Shown here: one piece after another, positions 16,484-25,442 of the stretch | Layout: the number at the start of each line of letters is the position of its first letter | Position numbering within the stretch: the stretch's first letter is position 1 | Assembly: GCA_043718025.1 (NCBI GenBank) | Contig: JAYSWN010000133.1 | Location: 1 to 26,182 of the forward strand | DNA length: 26,182 nucleotides | DNA from: Pseudomonadota bacterium | GTDB taxonomy: Bacteria; Bdellovibrionota; FAC87; UBA2466 | Reading direction: 5' to 3' | The notes under the pieces: model-generated | The model's database searches: none | What the model was told of the DNA's origin: nothing | The model's input: the letters and a program-made list of their open reading frames with translations, nothing else | Position numbers and translations under genes: made by a program

Positions 16484-17688
16484 AAAGACGCATATCCCTA
16501 ATGGCTTTGTTGGTGGTGGGCAGCGCCCTCACTTTTCTTTTGCTGTCGGGTTTTCTTTCGCGCGCCAAAGGGGCCGCCGAATGGGCTCGCCAAAAAGGCT
16601 CGCAGAGCGCCAGCCTTTCGTTTTTCATGCCGATGGCTAAGCGGTTTTTGGGCAAGGCCCAAGCGGGTACCTTCACTTCGGTAGACGGCCGGCGGGCCGT
16701 CGAAATGTTCTGCCAGCCTATTTTGGATGAGGCTTGGAAATCAGTGGATGCTTCGCAGCAGTATGAAAACCGCGAGCTTCGCGAATTTAACCGTATATTC
16801 CGTTGGCTCAATCGCGCCGTGCCAGCCCGGAGCGAAAGCACGTTGTGTCACCTAAGGCGCGGACTTGGCGTTGAGTCGTTTGACGAGCTGCCCTTCCATA
16901 AAGCCACCCGCTATCACGATAAGAACGTGGATATTGAGATCAACGTGCCTACCGAAGGGTGGGCGTTAGAAAGTGGTTACGAAGTCAAAGCGGTGGTGAG
17001 AGTGGAGCAGGCAATCTCATTGGTGCTTTACTGGAGCGGCAAAAACGGCCACTCCCGCGGTTTTCTGATTGAAGGCACCAACGGTCTTTATGCCGAATCT
17101 CGTAAGCAGACTGGCTACCTATGGTGGGATCGTAGCGACGTTGAACAGATCGTTAAGTATTATGGCGCTGAGTTTGAAAATGCCTATTTAGAAAACGTGG
17201 GCGGCCACGGCGCGCCGGGCGACAAAGCCATTTACGGCGAAATTCGCTACAATCGCATCACCTCGGCCTTTCACCTGCAATCCACCGTCATGGAGCCTCA
17301 GAATAGAAAAGGGGAACATAGCTTTGGTTGCTACCGCTGGCACGCCCGCGGTACTAAAGGTGATTTGGTGCTGATTGCCCAGACCGGTGAAGATCGCTGG
17401 GAAAACGGCCACGGCCGCAACACTTCATTTCGTGATGCCACCGAAATGGATGCTTTCTGGCTCCGCGACGAAAAAACTTCGCCGGCCTGGACCGGAAAAC
17501 TCGATTCCACTCTTTTCGCCGACTGGGTAGCGCCGGGAATTGAGCAGTATCCTTTTCGTAAGACGTGCAACGATCTCTACGCGGCCGGGGTGGGTGACGG
17601 CGCCTTTGCTGAAACCGACAACAACGCACGCTTCGATGCGGCGCCCGACGATGTCTTTTCGCTGCAAGCGGAACGTCATCACTTCTAA
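16480..17688 (+). CDS. Hypothetical exported or membrane-anchored protein
   Basis: 402-aa ORF with GAGG RBS and an N-terminal basic plus hydrophobic segment; no family recognised. Confidence 0.75.
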   Translation: MKRRISLMALLVVGSALTFLLLSGFLSRAKGAAEWARQKGSQSASLSFFMPMAKRFLGKAQAGTFTSVDGRRAVEMFCQPILDEAWKSVDASQQYENRELREFNRIFRWLNRAVPARSESTLCHLRRGLGVESFDELPFHKATRYHDKNVDIEINVPTEGWALESGYEVKAVVRVEQAISLVLYWSGKNGHSRGFLIEGTNGLYAESRKQTGYLWWDRSDVEQIVKYYGAEFENAYLENVGGHGAPGDKAIYGEIRYNRITSAFHLQSTVMEPQNRKGEHSFGCYRWHARGTKGDLVLIAQTGEDRWENGHGRNTSFRDATEMDAFWLRDEKTSPAWTGKLDSTLFADWVAPGIEQYPFRKTCNDLYAAGVGDGAFAETDNNARFDAAPDDVFSLQAERHHF

Positions 17689-17807
17689 GATCATCGCGAT
17701 TGAAGACCTCACGATTGCCAGAAAACTTTGCATAAAGGAGTAAGCCCCCGTCTCACCTTCCGCGGTGAGTCCGGGTGCACTTCGCCCTCAACTGAAAGCG
17801 CTTTGGC

Positions 17808-18305
17808 TTAGTTCATAAGTGACGTGGTTTTAGATTCTGCCAATATGCGCAATTTGTTGAGTTGCTCAATTAAAGCGTAAGCGGCGCGTGATCGGTTGTA
17901 CTTCTCATTGCCGCACGGCTCGGCGCCCACTGAAAGAATAACCAGATTGCGATCAGCACGGTAATTGCGTGTTTCATTCGGTACCGCCGCGCACAAGATA
18001 GTTGGCGTCAAAATTTTTCCACGGCTTGCGCGGTCAATGAGGTCTTCGATGCCATCCATCTCGTAAGCATTCAGTTTGGCAATGATCTTACCCTTGCCAT
18101 TCAATCCCGAGATACTGGCGCGGTAGAAAACAACGTTGCCGTTAGTTTTTACTTGAATGGACGATAAAGTACGTGCGCCAACCGGCAGATGGTGAAGTTG
18201 GTACATCGGACCAAATTCATAGCTCAAGCGCGATGCGTTAGCCGCTGCGTGTGCCGTAGGTAAGTTTAAAAAGCTAGAAACCAAAGCGACAATTAAAATT
18301 TTCAT
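17808..18305 (-). CDS. Hypothetical secreted protein
   Basis: AGGAG RBS; signal peptide MKILIVALVSSFLNLPTAHA; two Cys. Confidence 0.75.
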   Translation of the reverse strand: MKILIVALVSSFLNLPTAHAAANASRLSYEFGPMYQLHHLPVGARTLSSIQVKTNGNVVFYRASISGLNGKGKIIAKLNAYEMDGIEDLIDRASRGKILTPTILCAAVPNETRNYRADRNLVILSVGAEPCGNEKYNRSRAAYALIEQLNKLRILAESKTTSLMN

Positions 18306-18361
18306 AGAGTCTCCTGATTAGGTCTGCTCCCCGGGAAAATCCGCGGGGGCAAGGGTGCCTC

Positions 18362-18378
18362 TTGCAATCATCTTGCCG
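18362..18378 (-). promoter_or_regulatory. Putative sigma54 (-24/-12) promoter
   Basis: The minus strand reads CGGCAAGATGATTGCAA: GG-N10-GC with GGCA and TTGCA, about 57 nt upstream of ATG 18305. Confidence 0.45.
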
Positions 18379-18615
18379 TCGTGTTGCCCAATGAGAACAA
18401 GGCGCTTGGGCATTTGGCTTTGCGAAGATTATGGCACTGGTGCCATTCTATTCTTGAGACGGTGGCTAGCGCCCAACGCTGGCATTCGAAATCAGAGCGC
18501 GTCCCAGCGAAATTAAATGTGTGGACGGATGAACCACACCAAGGTTGCGGCGGGTTATTTGATGGGTGACTGAAACCGTACCTCTTGTTAGCGACGGGGA
18601 ACGGAGCGTTTCAGA

Positions 18616-19443
18616 ATGAGAACTAAGTTTGATAACCAATTTTTTGTGGTGATTGTAGGTATGGTGTTGGTGGTCTCTTCCCCCCTGGTTGCCGAAATCC
18701 CAAATCGCGTCCTTAAATGTTCGGCTAAGGAGCCACTAAAAACTCCTGAAGGCACCTTTGATATCGTTAGGGTTCTTTTTCACGGAAACACCGCAAAGAA
18801 TTCTGAAACCGCAGATCTTCTTTTGGAGTCCACCACCGACGAATCGAAAAACAAACGACACAACTGCGCTCTGGCGAGCCTCGGCGGTGGTTACGAAGTA
18901 AATGTAGGCGTTGTCACTGAAACTTTAGCGGGTAAGTCTCTCGGTCATGACTCTCGAGTTCGCTATAGCCTTAACAAATTAATGGAAAAAAATGGTGGCT
19001 ATTACTTCAGCAACACTCCCTTGGAGTGTGTAGAAGAGAGTCCCGATCTCTACGAAAAATCTCGCTGCGTTCGGGGTTATTCGCGCCAGGGTTCTTTCCA
19101 GATTTATGCGTGTGAGGTTTATACTGGCGCAAGGATTACTGACCTTACTCCGGATCTTTTTAGTGACTCCTGCCGAATCGTGGGCGGTAAAGAGACAATT
19201 TGTAACGGGCATCTTGAATCGTTATGTTCCGTAGACGCCATCGACCGCCTTCGCGTAAATCCATACCAAGGATATAACGATAAGGGTGATTTGATTAGTT
19301 GTGAAGGCGACGTCGGCGAGATCTTTTCCATCGGCTACAATCCGTATAAAGAGCAGTGTCATTTTCTAAATGGGATCTCCTATCGAGGCTGCAAAAAATC
19401 TGGAACACTCTGTTCGAAAAAATTTGAGTGGCCATTAAAATAG
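18616..19443 (+). CDS. Hypothetical secreted cysteine-rich protein
   Basis: GGAG RBS; N-terminal hydrophobic signal; 12 Cys in 275 aa. Confidence 0.75.
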   Translation: MRTKFDNQFFVVIVGMVLVVSSPLVAEIPNRVLKCSAKEPLKTPEGTFDIVRVLFHGNTAKNSETADLLLESTTDESKNKRHNCALASLGGGYEVNVGVVTETLAGKSLGHDSRVRYSLNKLMEKNGGYYFSNTPLECVEESPDLYEKSRCVRGYSRQGSFQIYACEVYTGARITDLTPDLFSDSCRIVGGKETICNGHLESLCSVDAIDRLRVNPYQGYNDKGDLISCEGDVGEIFSIGYNPYKEQCHFLNGISYRGCKKSGTLCSKKFEWPLK

Positions 19444-19510
19444 AATAGGCCTCGCCCAGTTGCCAGCCCGGCCTCTCGCGGTTACTTCTATTCTTTCTAC
19501 GGAGGTATCC

Positions 19511-19963
19511 ATGCTTAAAGAAGGCGACAAAGCACCCGCATTTGAAATGACGGGCGACGACGGAAAGTCCATCAGTCTAAAAGACTTTAAGGGCCAGGCG
19601 GTGGTCCTGTTTTTCTACCCCAAAGCACTCACCTCAGGCTGCACCCAAGAGGCCTGTGATTTTCGCGATGCGCAAAAGCTTCTTAAAAAGAAAAAAGCCG
19701 TGGTTTTGGGCATCAGCAAAGACCCCGTCAAAAAACTCCTGAAGTTTAAGGAAACCCACGATCTCAATTTTCCTCTGCTTAGCGATGAAGCCTCTAAGTT
19801 TTGCGAGGCCTATGGGGTATGGAAAGAGAAGTCGATGTACGGGCGCAAGTACATGGGCATTGAGCGCACCACGTTTGTGATTGGCCCCACGGGAAAAATT
19901 GAAAAGATTTATCCCAAGGTGAAAATCGCGGGGCACGTCGAGGCCGTTCTCGATTCGTTTTAA
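19511..19963 (+). CDS. bcp: Thioredoxin-dependent thiol peroxidase (peroxiredoxin BCP/PrxQ)
   Basis: FFYPKALTSGCTQEAC and KSMYGRKYMGIERTTFVI motifs. GGAGG RBS before ATG 19511. Confidence 0.95.
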   Translation: MLKEGDKAPAFEMTGDDGKSISLKDFKGQAVVLFFYPKALTSGCTQEACDFRDAQKLLKKKKAVVLGISKDPVKKLLKFKETHDLNFPLLSDEASKFCEAYGVWKEKSMYGRKYMGIERTTFVIGPTGKIEKIYPKVKIAGHVEAVLDSF

Positions 19964-19991
19964 ATTTACTTAAGCGCGGGGTGAGGTGCCA

Positions 19992-20804
19992 ATGGGAGAT
20001 TCGGCTAAAGGGTATTTGCACGGGTATTCGTCTCGTGAACAGCAGCGGCTTAGTGAACAGGCCCGCTTTTTAGAAGACATCGTTTACCAAGACGTCGATT
20101 TTTCGTCAGTGAAGACAGTTCTCGAGGTGGGTTGCGGCGTGGGGGCTCAGACCGAAATTCTGCTTGAGCGATTTCCCCACCTCAACATTACCGCCGTTGA
20201 TTCTGCGCCCGAACAAATTGCGGTGGCCACGAAGCGGCTAAACCATACCCAAAAGCGAGTTGAGCTATTGCTAGCCGACGCGCTTCACTTACCTTTTTTG
20301 GATAATTCATTTGATGCGGCATTCGTCTGTTTTTTCTTAGAACACGTTGGTGAACCCACCCTTATTCTCAAAGAGATTCAACGGGTGCTAAAGCCGGGCG
20401 GGCTCATCTATTGCACCGAGGTGCAAAACGCCACCTTCTTTCTCTACCCGCACTCTCCAGCGACGATGGAGTTCTGGAACGCCTTCAATCGACACCAGAT
20501 TGACCTTGGCGGAGACCCCTACGTCGGGGCCAAACTCGGCAATCTCCTCTTAGCCGCGGGTTTTCAGAACGTTTCTACCGCCACTAAAATTCAGCACCTT
20601 GATAACCGGCGTACCAAAGCCCGTACGCAGTGGTTGGAGTACTGGAGCAAGCTCTTGCTAAGCGGTGCGCCAGAATTACTTAAGGCGGGATTAATGACCG
20701 AAAAAAAGCTTCAGCTTATGACCGCAGAGCTTGATCAGATCAAGCGCGATCCCGAAGCGGTTTTCTTTTACGGACCGGTCCAGGCCAGGGGCCAAGCCCT
20801 CTGA
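19992..20804 (+). CDS. Class I SAM-dependent methyltransferase
   Basis: VLEVGCGVG, DALHLPFLDNSFD and RVLKPGG motifs; GAGG RBS. Confidence 0.9.
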   Translation: MGDSAKGYLHGYSSREQQRLSEQARFLEDIVYQDVDFSSVKTVLEVGCGVGAQTEILLERFPHLNITAVDSAPEQIAVATKRLNHTQKRVELLLADALHLPFLDNSFDAAFVCFFLEHVGEPTLILKEIQRVLKPGGLIYCTEVQNATFFLYPHSPATMEFWNAFNRHQIDLGGDPYVGAKLGNLLLAAGFQNVSTATKIQHLDNRRTKARTQWLEYWSKLLLSGAPELLKAGLMTEKKLQLMTAELDQIKRDPEAVFFYGPVQARGQAL

Positions 20805-21541
20805 GTTTTTAGCATCAAGATCAGTAGCAGTAGTAGCGGTAGCGAAAGCACAAAGTTGTTTAGCGTGACCCCAAAAACAACCGCCAGTAGAAAAGCCAAC
20901 ACCCGCGTTTCGCTAATCGGTAGGCGTTCGCGCCAGTAACTCATGTGCACAAATAGACCGGTGGCGAACACCAGCGCTAAAGGTCCCTTCCAGTAATCTC
21001 CGGCGAGTTGGCCCAGGTTTTCAAGGCGCGTATGGGCTAGCGCTGACCAAAGCTGCGGCGACGTCACTAACATCGTGGCGGCTTCGCCGACAAGGAAACC
21101 AGCGGCCGCCGAAAAAATCGCGGGCAGAAGATTACCGCCGAGAGACATCATTACGAGTAAAGCTAGGCCTAACACCGGAAAGGTTTGAAATTTTACTTCG
21201 GCTAACAGGCCGAGAAAGAAAAAGGGCAGGTAGATCTGGCCTCGGCTTAAGGGAATCAGCAACGCAAAAAAGGCGCCCAATTCAAGCAAGCCAAGGTTAG
21301 CGGGAGAAATGGCGCCAAAGGTTCCCGCAATAATGGCTAAGCCAAGCCAGTATTTCCCGGGATGCGCACTAAAACCAATTCCCTGCGCCGACTCCACTTG
21401 GGTCAGCCAAGCGGTGAACCCCACGACAAAAACTAGAAATGAAAGAATGAGGTAAGTAAAACGTCCCCCGGTTTCTAAGCGGGTGCACGCAGCGAGGCTT
21501 AAGATAACGACCAACCAGTTTCGCTTTACGATCGTGCTCAA
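20768..21541 (-). CDS. Hypothetical polytopic membrane protein
   Basis: About 7-8 hydrophobic segments; TTG start uncertain. Confidence 0.65.
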   Translation of the reverse strand: MSTIVKRNWLVVILSLAACTRLETGGRFTYLILSFLVFVVGFTAWLTQVESAQGIGFSAHPGKYWLGLAIIAGTFGAISPANLGLLELGAFFALLIPLSRGQIYLPFFFLGLLAEVKFQTFPVLGLALLVMMSLGGNLLPAIFSAAAGFLVGEAATMLVTSPQLWSALAHTRLENLGQLAGDYWKGPLALVFATGLFVHMSYWRERLPISETRVLAFLLAVVFGVTLNNFVLSLPLLLLLILMLKTQRAWPLAWTGP

Positions 21542-21648
21542 TTGGCTTCCCCAAGCTATGGTGCTTCGCGTTAAGCTTACCCTGGGCCTCTTACGGTGGT
21601 CCGGCCCCGGTTGCTATCGGATATCGAGAATGCTAGCTAAGGCATTCC

Positions 21649-22923
21649 GTGGCAAATTCTTTATCATCATCGACAGAGCGAGCTTCAGAAAACCAAGGGG
21701 CCAGCCAGTGGGGAAGGCGATTCTGTTTTTTAATGGCCGTAATTGGTTTGCTAGCCCTTATCCCGCGCGGAGTAGGCGAACATTTTATTTTCCCCACCGA
21801 GGCGTTTCGCTGGCTCGTGCGTGGTCAAGACCCCTACGGTGTGATTTTGCCTCGCTGCACCGGCCCGTTTCTTTACTCGCCGGCGTCAGCCTACCTGCTC
21901 TTTTCTTTTTTCAGTTTATTTCCTGAAAAACTGGGTGAGGTTTTGTATACCGCAAGCGGTGCCGCTCTTTTTCTCTTTTCTCTAGTTATCTTTCTGAGAA
22001 TGCTTAAGGACGAGTTTCAGTTTGATCTCAATGCCCACCCGCTTCGCCATTTGGCCTGGCTGATGGTGTCTTCAGAACTGATGGGAGCGATTCTTGCCAC
22101 TAAGCTCGAGCTCTTTTTAGTTGCCGGCGGTCTGTTCGGCTTTTCTTGGGCTTTACGTGGGCGTTGGGCATTAGCTGGAATCTGTTTTGCCGCCATTTGT
22201 AACTTTAAGCTGCAAGCTCTACCGGCGGTGCTTCTGTTTACCATTCCTTCTTTACGAAACCGTAGAGGGCTTTCATTCTTTCTATCCTTTAGTCTAGCGA
22301 GCCTTTTTTTCTTTTTTATCCCGTGGCCGCTGCTTGGCTCGTGGCGCCAGTTTATTGTCATCAACACGGCTTGGTTTGCTGCCCTTGATTCTCAGGTTTC
22401 CACTGAATGGATGTTTCCCGTCTATCAGCACTTCTTTGGTTTTCTTGCCGGACAATCGGTGCCGATGAATCTGTTGTTAGCGAAGCGGTTAATGGCTGGT
22501 TTTGGCGGCACGCTTGCTTTGGTTCTGGCCGCTTTTTCTTGGGGACATTCCAGAGGAGAAAAGAATTTACAAGAGTCTTTGTTGCTGGCGTTTGGGCTCG
22601 GGTGCCTATACACCGTGGCCTTTTCACCGTTAAGCCAGTCGAATGCTTACATTTGCTATTTGCCTTCGGTCTTTTGTTTTCTTTATTTCTCGTCGAAGGC
22701 GCGGCTGCCGATCCCCGTTCAGGCTATGGTGATGGGTGTAGTTTATGCCTTTGTTTCGATAACCTATTCCGATTTGGTGCCGCGGTCGATTTACCACATT
22801 ATTTATGGTTTCAAAATTAAGCCCCTGGCGGCCGTGGTTTTTATGCTTTTCTTAGTCATGGCCGGTTTACTTACGACAAAGCAGAATCGAATTGCCGATG
22901 TGGCTAACGAGACTCCGGCGTAG
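21649..22923 (+). CDS. GT-C fold membrane glycosyltransferase, family 87 / DUF2029-like
   Basis: GQDPY...FLYSPA motif in the first loop, intramembrane FKL motif and many TM segments. Confidence 0.7.
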   Translation: MANSLSSSTERASENQGASQWGRRFCFLMAVIGLLALIPRGVGEHFIFPTEAFRWLVRGQDPYGVILPRCTGPFLYSPASAYLLFSFFSLFPEKLGEVLYTASGAALFLFSLVIFLRMLKDEFQFDLNAHPLRHLAWLMVSSELMGAILATKLELFLVAGGLFGFSWALRGRWALAGICFAAICNFKLQALPAVLLFTIPSLRNRRGLSFFLSFSLASLFFFFIPWPLLGSWRQFIVINTAWFAALDSQVSTEWMFPVYQHFFGFLAGQSVPMNLLLAKRLMAGFGGTLALVLAAFSWGHSRGEKNLQESLLLAFGLGCLYTVAFSPLSQSNAYICYLPSVFCFLYFSSKARLPIPVQAMVMGVVYAFVSITYSDLVPRSIYHIIYGFKIKPLAAVVFMLFLVMAGLLTTKQNRIADVANETPA

Positions 22924-23671
22924 ATCTTTTCTGACTCTCTTTTTTTACGTAGGCCCTAAAACCTTCTTCCAGATCCGCCATGCTCAGCTTGTAGATTTTT
23001 TTGAAGGTACGCACGTACTGACCAAGGTGGGCCAGCGATCGTGTGGGGGCAGAATCAAAACCTAGTTCTGCAACAAAAGTGATGAACGTAGATGGGCCGG
23101 CCACTTCCTCGCTGAGGTACTTCACCAGTAATCCGCTCTGGGTTAAAAAGCTGAGGTCGCGGCTTTCGGTAAACACGAGATCTTCCAATTTCTGAAATCC
23201 GGCGATGCCACCTTTTCCAAACGCCTTGGTGTAGTCGTCCCAAATGCCTTTGAACATGGACTGCGCGAGCCCCTCTAAAATCCAGGCGGGTACGTCGAGT
23301 ACCGGCACTTGCCCCGGAAAACAGCTGGGTAGTACGGCGTGGGCCAGGCCGTGGGGCAGCCCTTTGTCCCACACCTCGTCCACGGTTGGGTCAATATCGA
23401 CTTTGGCCTGGTTCACCAGCTGCGGCGTGTCGAAGGTAAAGGTGGTGAGATGAGAGTTGCCCGGAGTTCCCGGAGTGCAAGACACCACCACTGGATAGCG
23501 GCCCGATCTTTTACCCTGGCACCAGCGGTTTTCGATCTCTCGTTTCCAGTACTCAGCTTTAATTCGTGCCTTTAGTTCGGTGTCTTTCGGCTGGCAGTGA
23601 ATGAACAGGCGATCGGTTTCGGCAAAAGAGAATCGGCACAGGGCAATCCCTAGAAGTAACAGGCGAAGCAT
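22904..23671 (-). CDS. Secreted peptidase MA-like protein with a degenerate zinc motif (HGLAH)
   Basis: Signal peptide; LPHGLAHAVL followed by VPAWILEGLAQ, matching the HExxH...PxWxxEGxA pattern except at the catalytic Glu. Confidence 0.6.
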   Translation of the reverse strand: MLRLLLLGIALCRFSFAETDRLFIHCQPKDTELKARIKAEYWKREIENRWCQGKRSGRYPVVVSCTPGTPGNSHLTTFTFDTPQLVNQAKVDIDPTVDEVWDKGLPHGLAHAVLPSCFPGQVPVLDVPAWILEGLAQSMFKGIWDDYTKAFGKGGIAGFQKLEDLVFTESRDLSFLTQSGLLVKYLSEEVAGPSTFITFVAELGFDSAPTRSLAHLGQYVRTFKKIYKLSMADLEEGFRAYVKKESQKRSTPESR

Positions 23672-23698
23672 TTGCCAATTTTAACGGCCCGGGCCTAT

Positions 23699-24190
23699 CT
23701 AGTCTCGCCAGTAATGGCAGGTGTAGCCGAATGGATTCTTTTGTAGGTAGTCTTGGTGATAGTCCTCGGCATCGTAAAACTGACTTGCCGCAATAATTTC
23801 TGTGACCACCGGGGATTTCCACCTCTTTGACGCATCCACTTCCGCTTTCACTTTCTCGGCCACCTTCTTCTGTTCGTCGTTGTGGTAGAAAATCACCGAT
23901 CGGTATTGGCTACCGATATCGTTGCCTTGACGGTTTTTGGTGGTGGGGTCGTGCAGCTTGAAGAACAGTTCGAGCAGCTCTTCGTAAGACATTATCGCGG
24001 GGTCAAACTCAATCTGAATGGCTTCGGCGTGGCCCGTGCTTCCTAGTTTAACCAACTGGTAAGTGGGGTTTGGAGTCTCTCCGCCGGTATATCCGACCTG
24101 GGTTTTGTTAATTCCTTCTAGCTTTCGAATCAGCTCTTCTACCCCCCAGAAGCAGCCGCCCGCAAACGTGGCAATTTCGGTCTTTTTCAT
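23699..24190 (-). CDS. msrA: Peptide methionine sulfoxide reductase A
   Basis: FAGGCFWGVE, TGHAEA, HDPTTKNRQGNDIGSQYRS and AEDYHQDY motifs. Confidence 0.97.
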   Translation of the reverse strand: MKKTEIATFAGGCFWGVEELIRKLEGINKTQVGYTGGETPNPTYQLVKLGSTGHAEAIQIEFDPAIMSYEELLELFFKLHDPTTKNRQGNDIGSQYRSVIFYHNDEQKKVAEKVKAEVDASKRWKSPVVTEIIAASQFYDAEDYHQDYLQKNPFGYTCHYWRD

Positions 24191-24227
24191 AGGAATGCTA
24201 TACCGCCATTCTGCTCCCTAATCTAGA

Positions 24228-25442
24228 ATGAAAGCCTATGAAAACACTACGGCAGGCGGCGCGGCGATGAAGGTGGCCATTCTCACCGCGCGAATTGCGC
24301 CCGTGCGTTGTGGCGTGGGTGACCATTCGGTGCGGCTGGCTCACCATTTGGCGGAGCGTGGCGACCGTGTGGTTCTAATCACGGCGTCGTCGCAAGTGCC
24401 GTACCTGGCTAACGTGGCTCCCGCCAAATTTTCAATTAGTAACTGCGTGCCAGCGTGGTCTTGGCGAGGCATGCGCCGTTTTTATAAGGCGGTACGGGCC
24501 GAAAAGCCCGACGTTTTGGTGGTGCAGTGGGTACCGCAATTGTATGGCCGCGGGGGCATCACCCTGGCGCTGCCACTTACCTTGGCCTTGCTTGCGTTCA
24601 GGGGAACCAAAATTCATTTGATGGTGCACGAAACGTGGGTGAATTTTACTTCTTTACCGCTGTTTTTTATGGGAGTGATGCAGCGTTTGGCGATGGTGAT
24701 CTTGGTAAAATCGAGCCAGCGCATTGGGGTGAGTATCGACGCGTGGACCAGCATGCTGCGGGCGTGGTTTCCTAAGCAGCGAGATCAAATTCAGACCATT
24801 CCCGCCTTTTCTAATATTCCTTATTTGGCCGATACCGAAGGGGCATTGACCGCGCGCCTAAACGCGAACATTCCGCCCAACGCCACGGTGCTGGGGGTTT
24901 TTAGCCTGAGCGGGTCAGGAAAAGCTTATTCGTTTATCGAAACCGCCTGGGAAAAGATCTTAGATAGTAACGAACAGGTTTTTTTAGTGGTCATTGGTGC
25001 CAGCGTTGACGACGCCAAACGCTATTTGCCGAGGCTGATTAACGATCACCGTTGCCGGTTCACCGGTTTTTTGCAGGCCGAAGAGGTTTCGCACTGGTTG
25101 CAGTCGATAGATTTGTTGTTGGCCCCCTTTACCGACGGCGTTTCGTCGCGCCGAGGCTCGGTTTTGGCCGCGATATCGCACGGTGTTCCGGTGGTCACCA
25201 CGCGGGGACGGCTCACCGATCGGGTGCTGTTCGAAGGGGGGCCGCTAGTACTCTCTCACCTGGATGAAGACGCTTTTGCAAATGAGGTGGTGGCGTTACT
25301 TCAAGATGATATCCGCCGAAAAAAATTGGCGGCTACGGCGCGGGGCTTTTACAAAAAACATTTCAGCATCGAGCGGGTTGCCGAAATGCTGGTGCCGCAA
25401 GCGCGATTAGTGAAGAGCGAAGAAAAGGCGAGCGGAGTCTAG
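24228..25442 (+). CDS. Glycosyltransferase family 4 (GT-B)
   Basis: CGVGDH, VHE, FTGFL and DLLLAPF.DGVSSRRGSVLAAISHGVPVVTT motifs. Start may be 24267. Confidence 0.85.
   Translation: MKAYENTTAGGAAMKVAILTARIAPVRCGVGDHSVRLAHHLAERGDRVVLITASSQVPYLANVAPAKFSISNCVPAWSWRGMRRFYKAVRAEKPDVLVVQWVPQLYGRGGITLALPLTLALLAFRGTKIHLMVHETWVNFTSLPLFFMGVMQRLAMVILVKSSQRIGVSIDAWTSMLRAWFPKQRDQIQTIPAFSNIPYLADTEGALTARLNANIPPNATVLGVFSLSGSGKAYSFIETAWEKILDSNEQVFLVVIGASVDDAKRYLPRLINDHRCRFTGFLQAEEVSHWLQSIDLLLAPFTDGVSSRRGSVLAAISHGVPVVTTRGRLTDRVLFEGGPLVLSHLDEDAFANEVVALLQDDIRRKKLAATARGFYKKHFSIERVAEMLVPQARLVKSEEKASGV

Noticed and set aside
21485..21541. Lipobox-like LAAC at the start of the 257-aa membrane protein
   Set aside because: The start codon is uncertain and the protein is polytopic, so the match may be coincidental.
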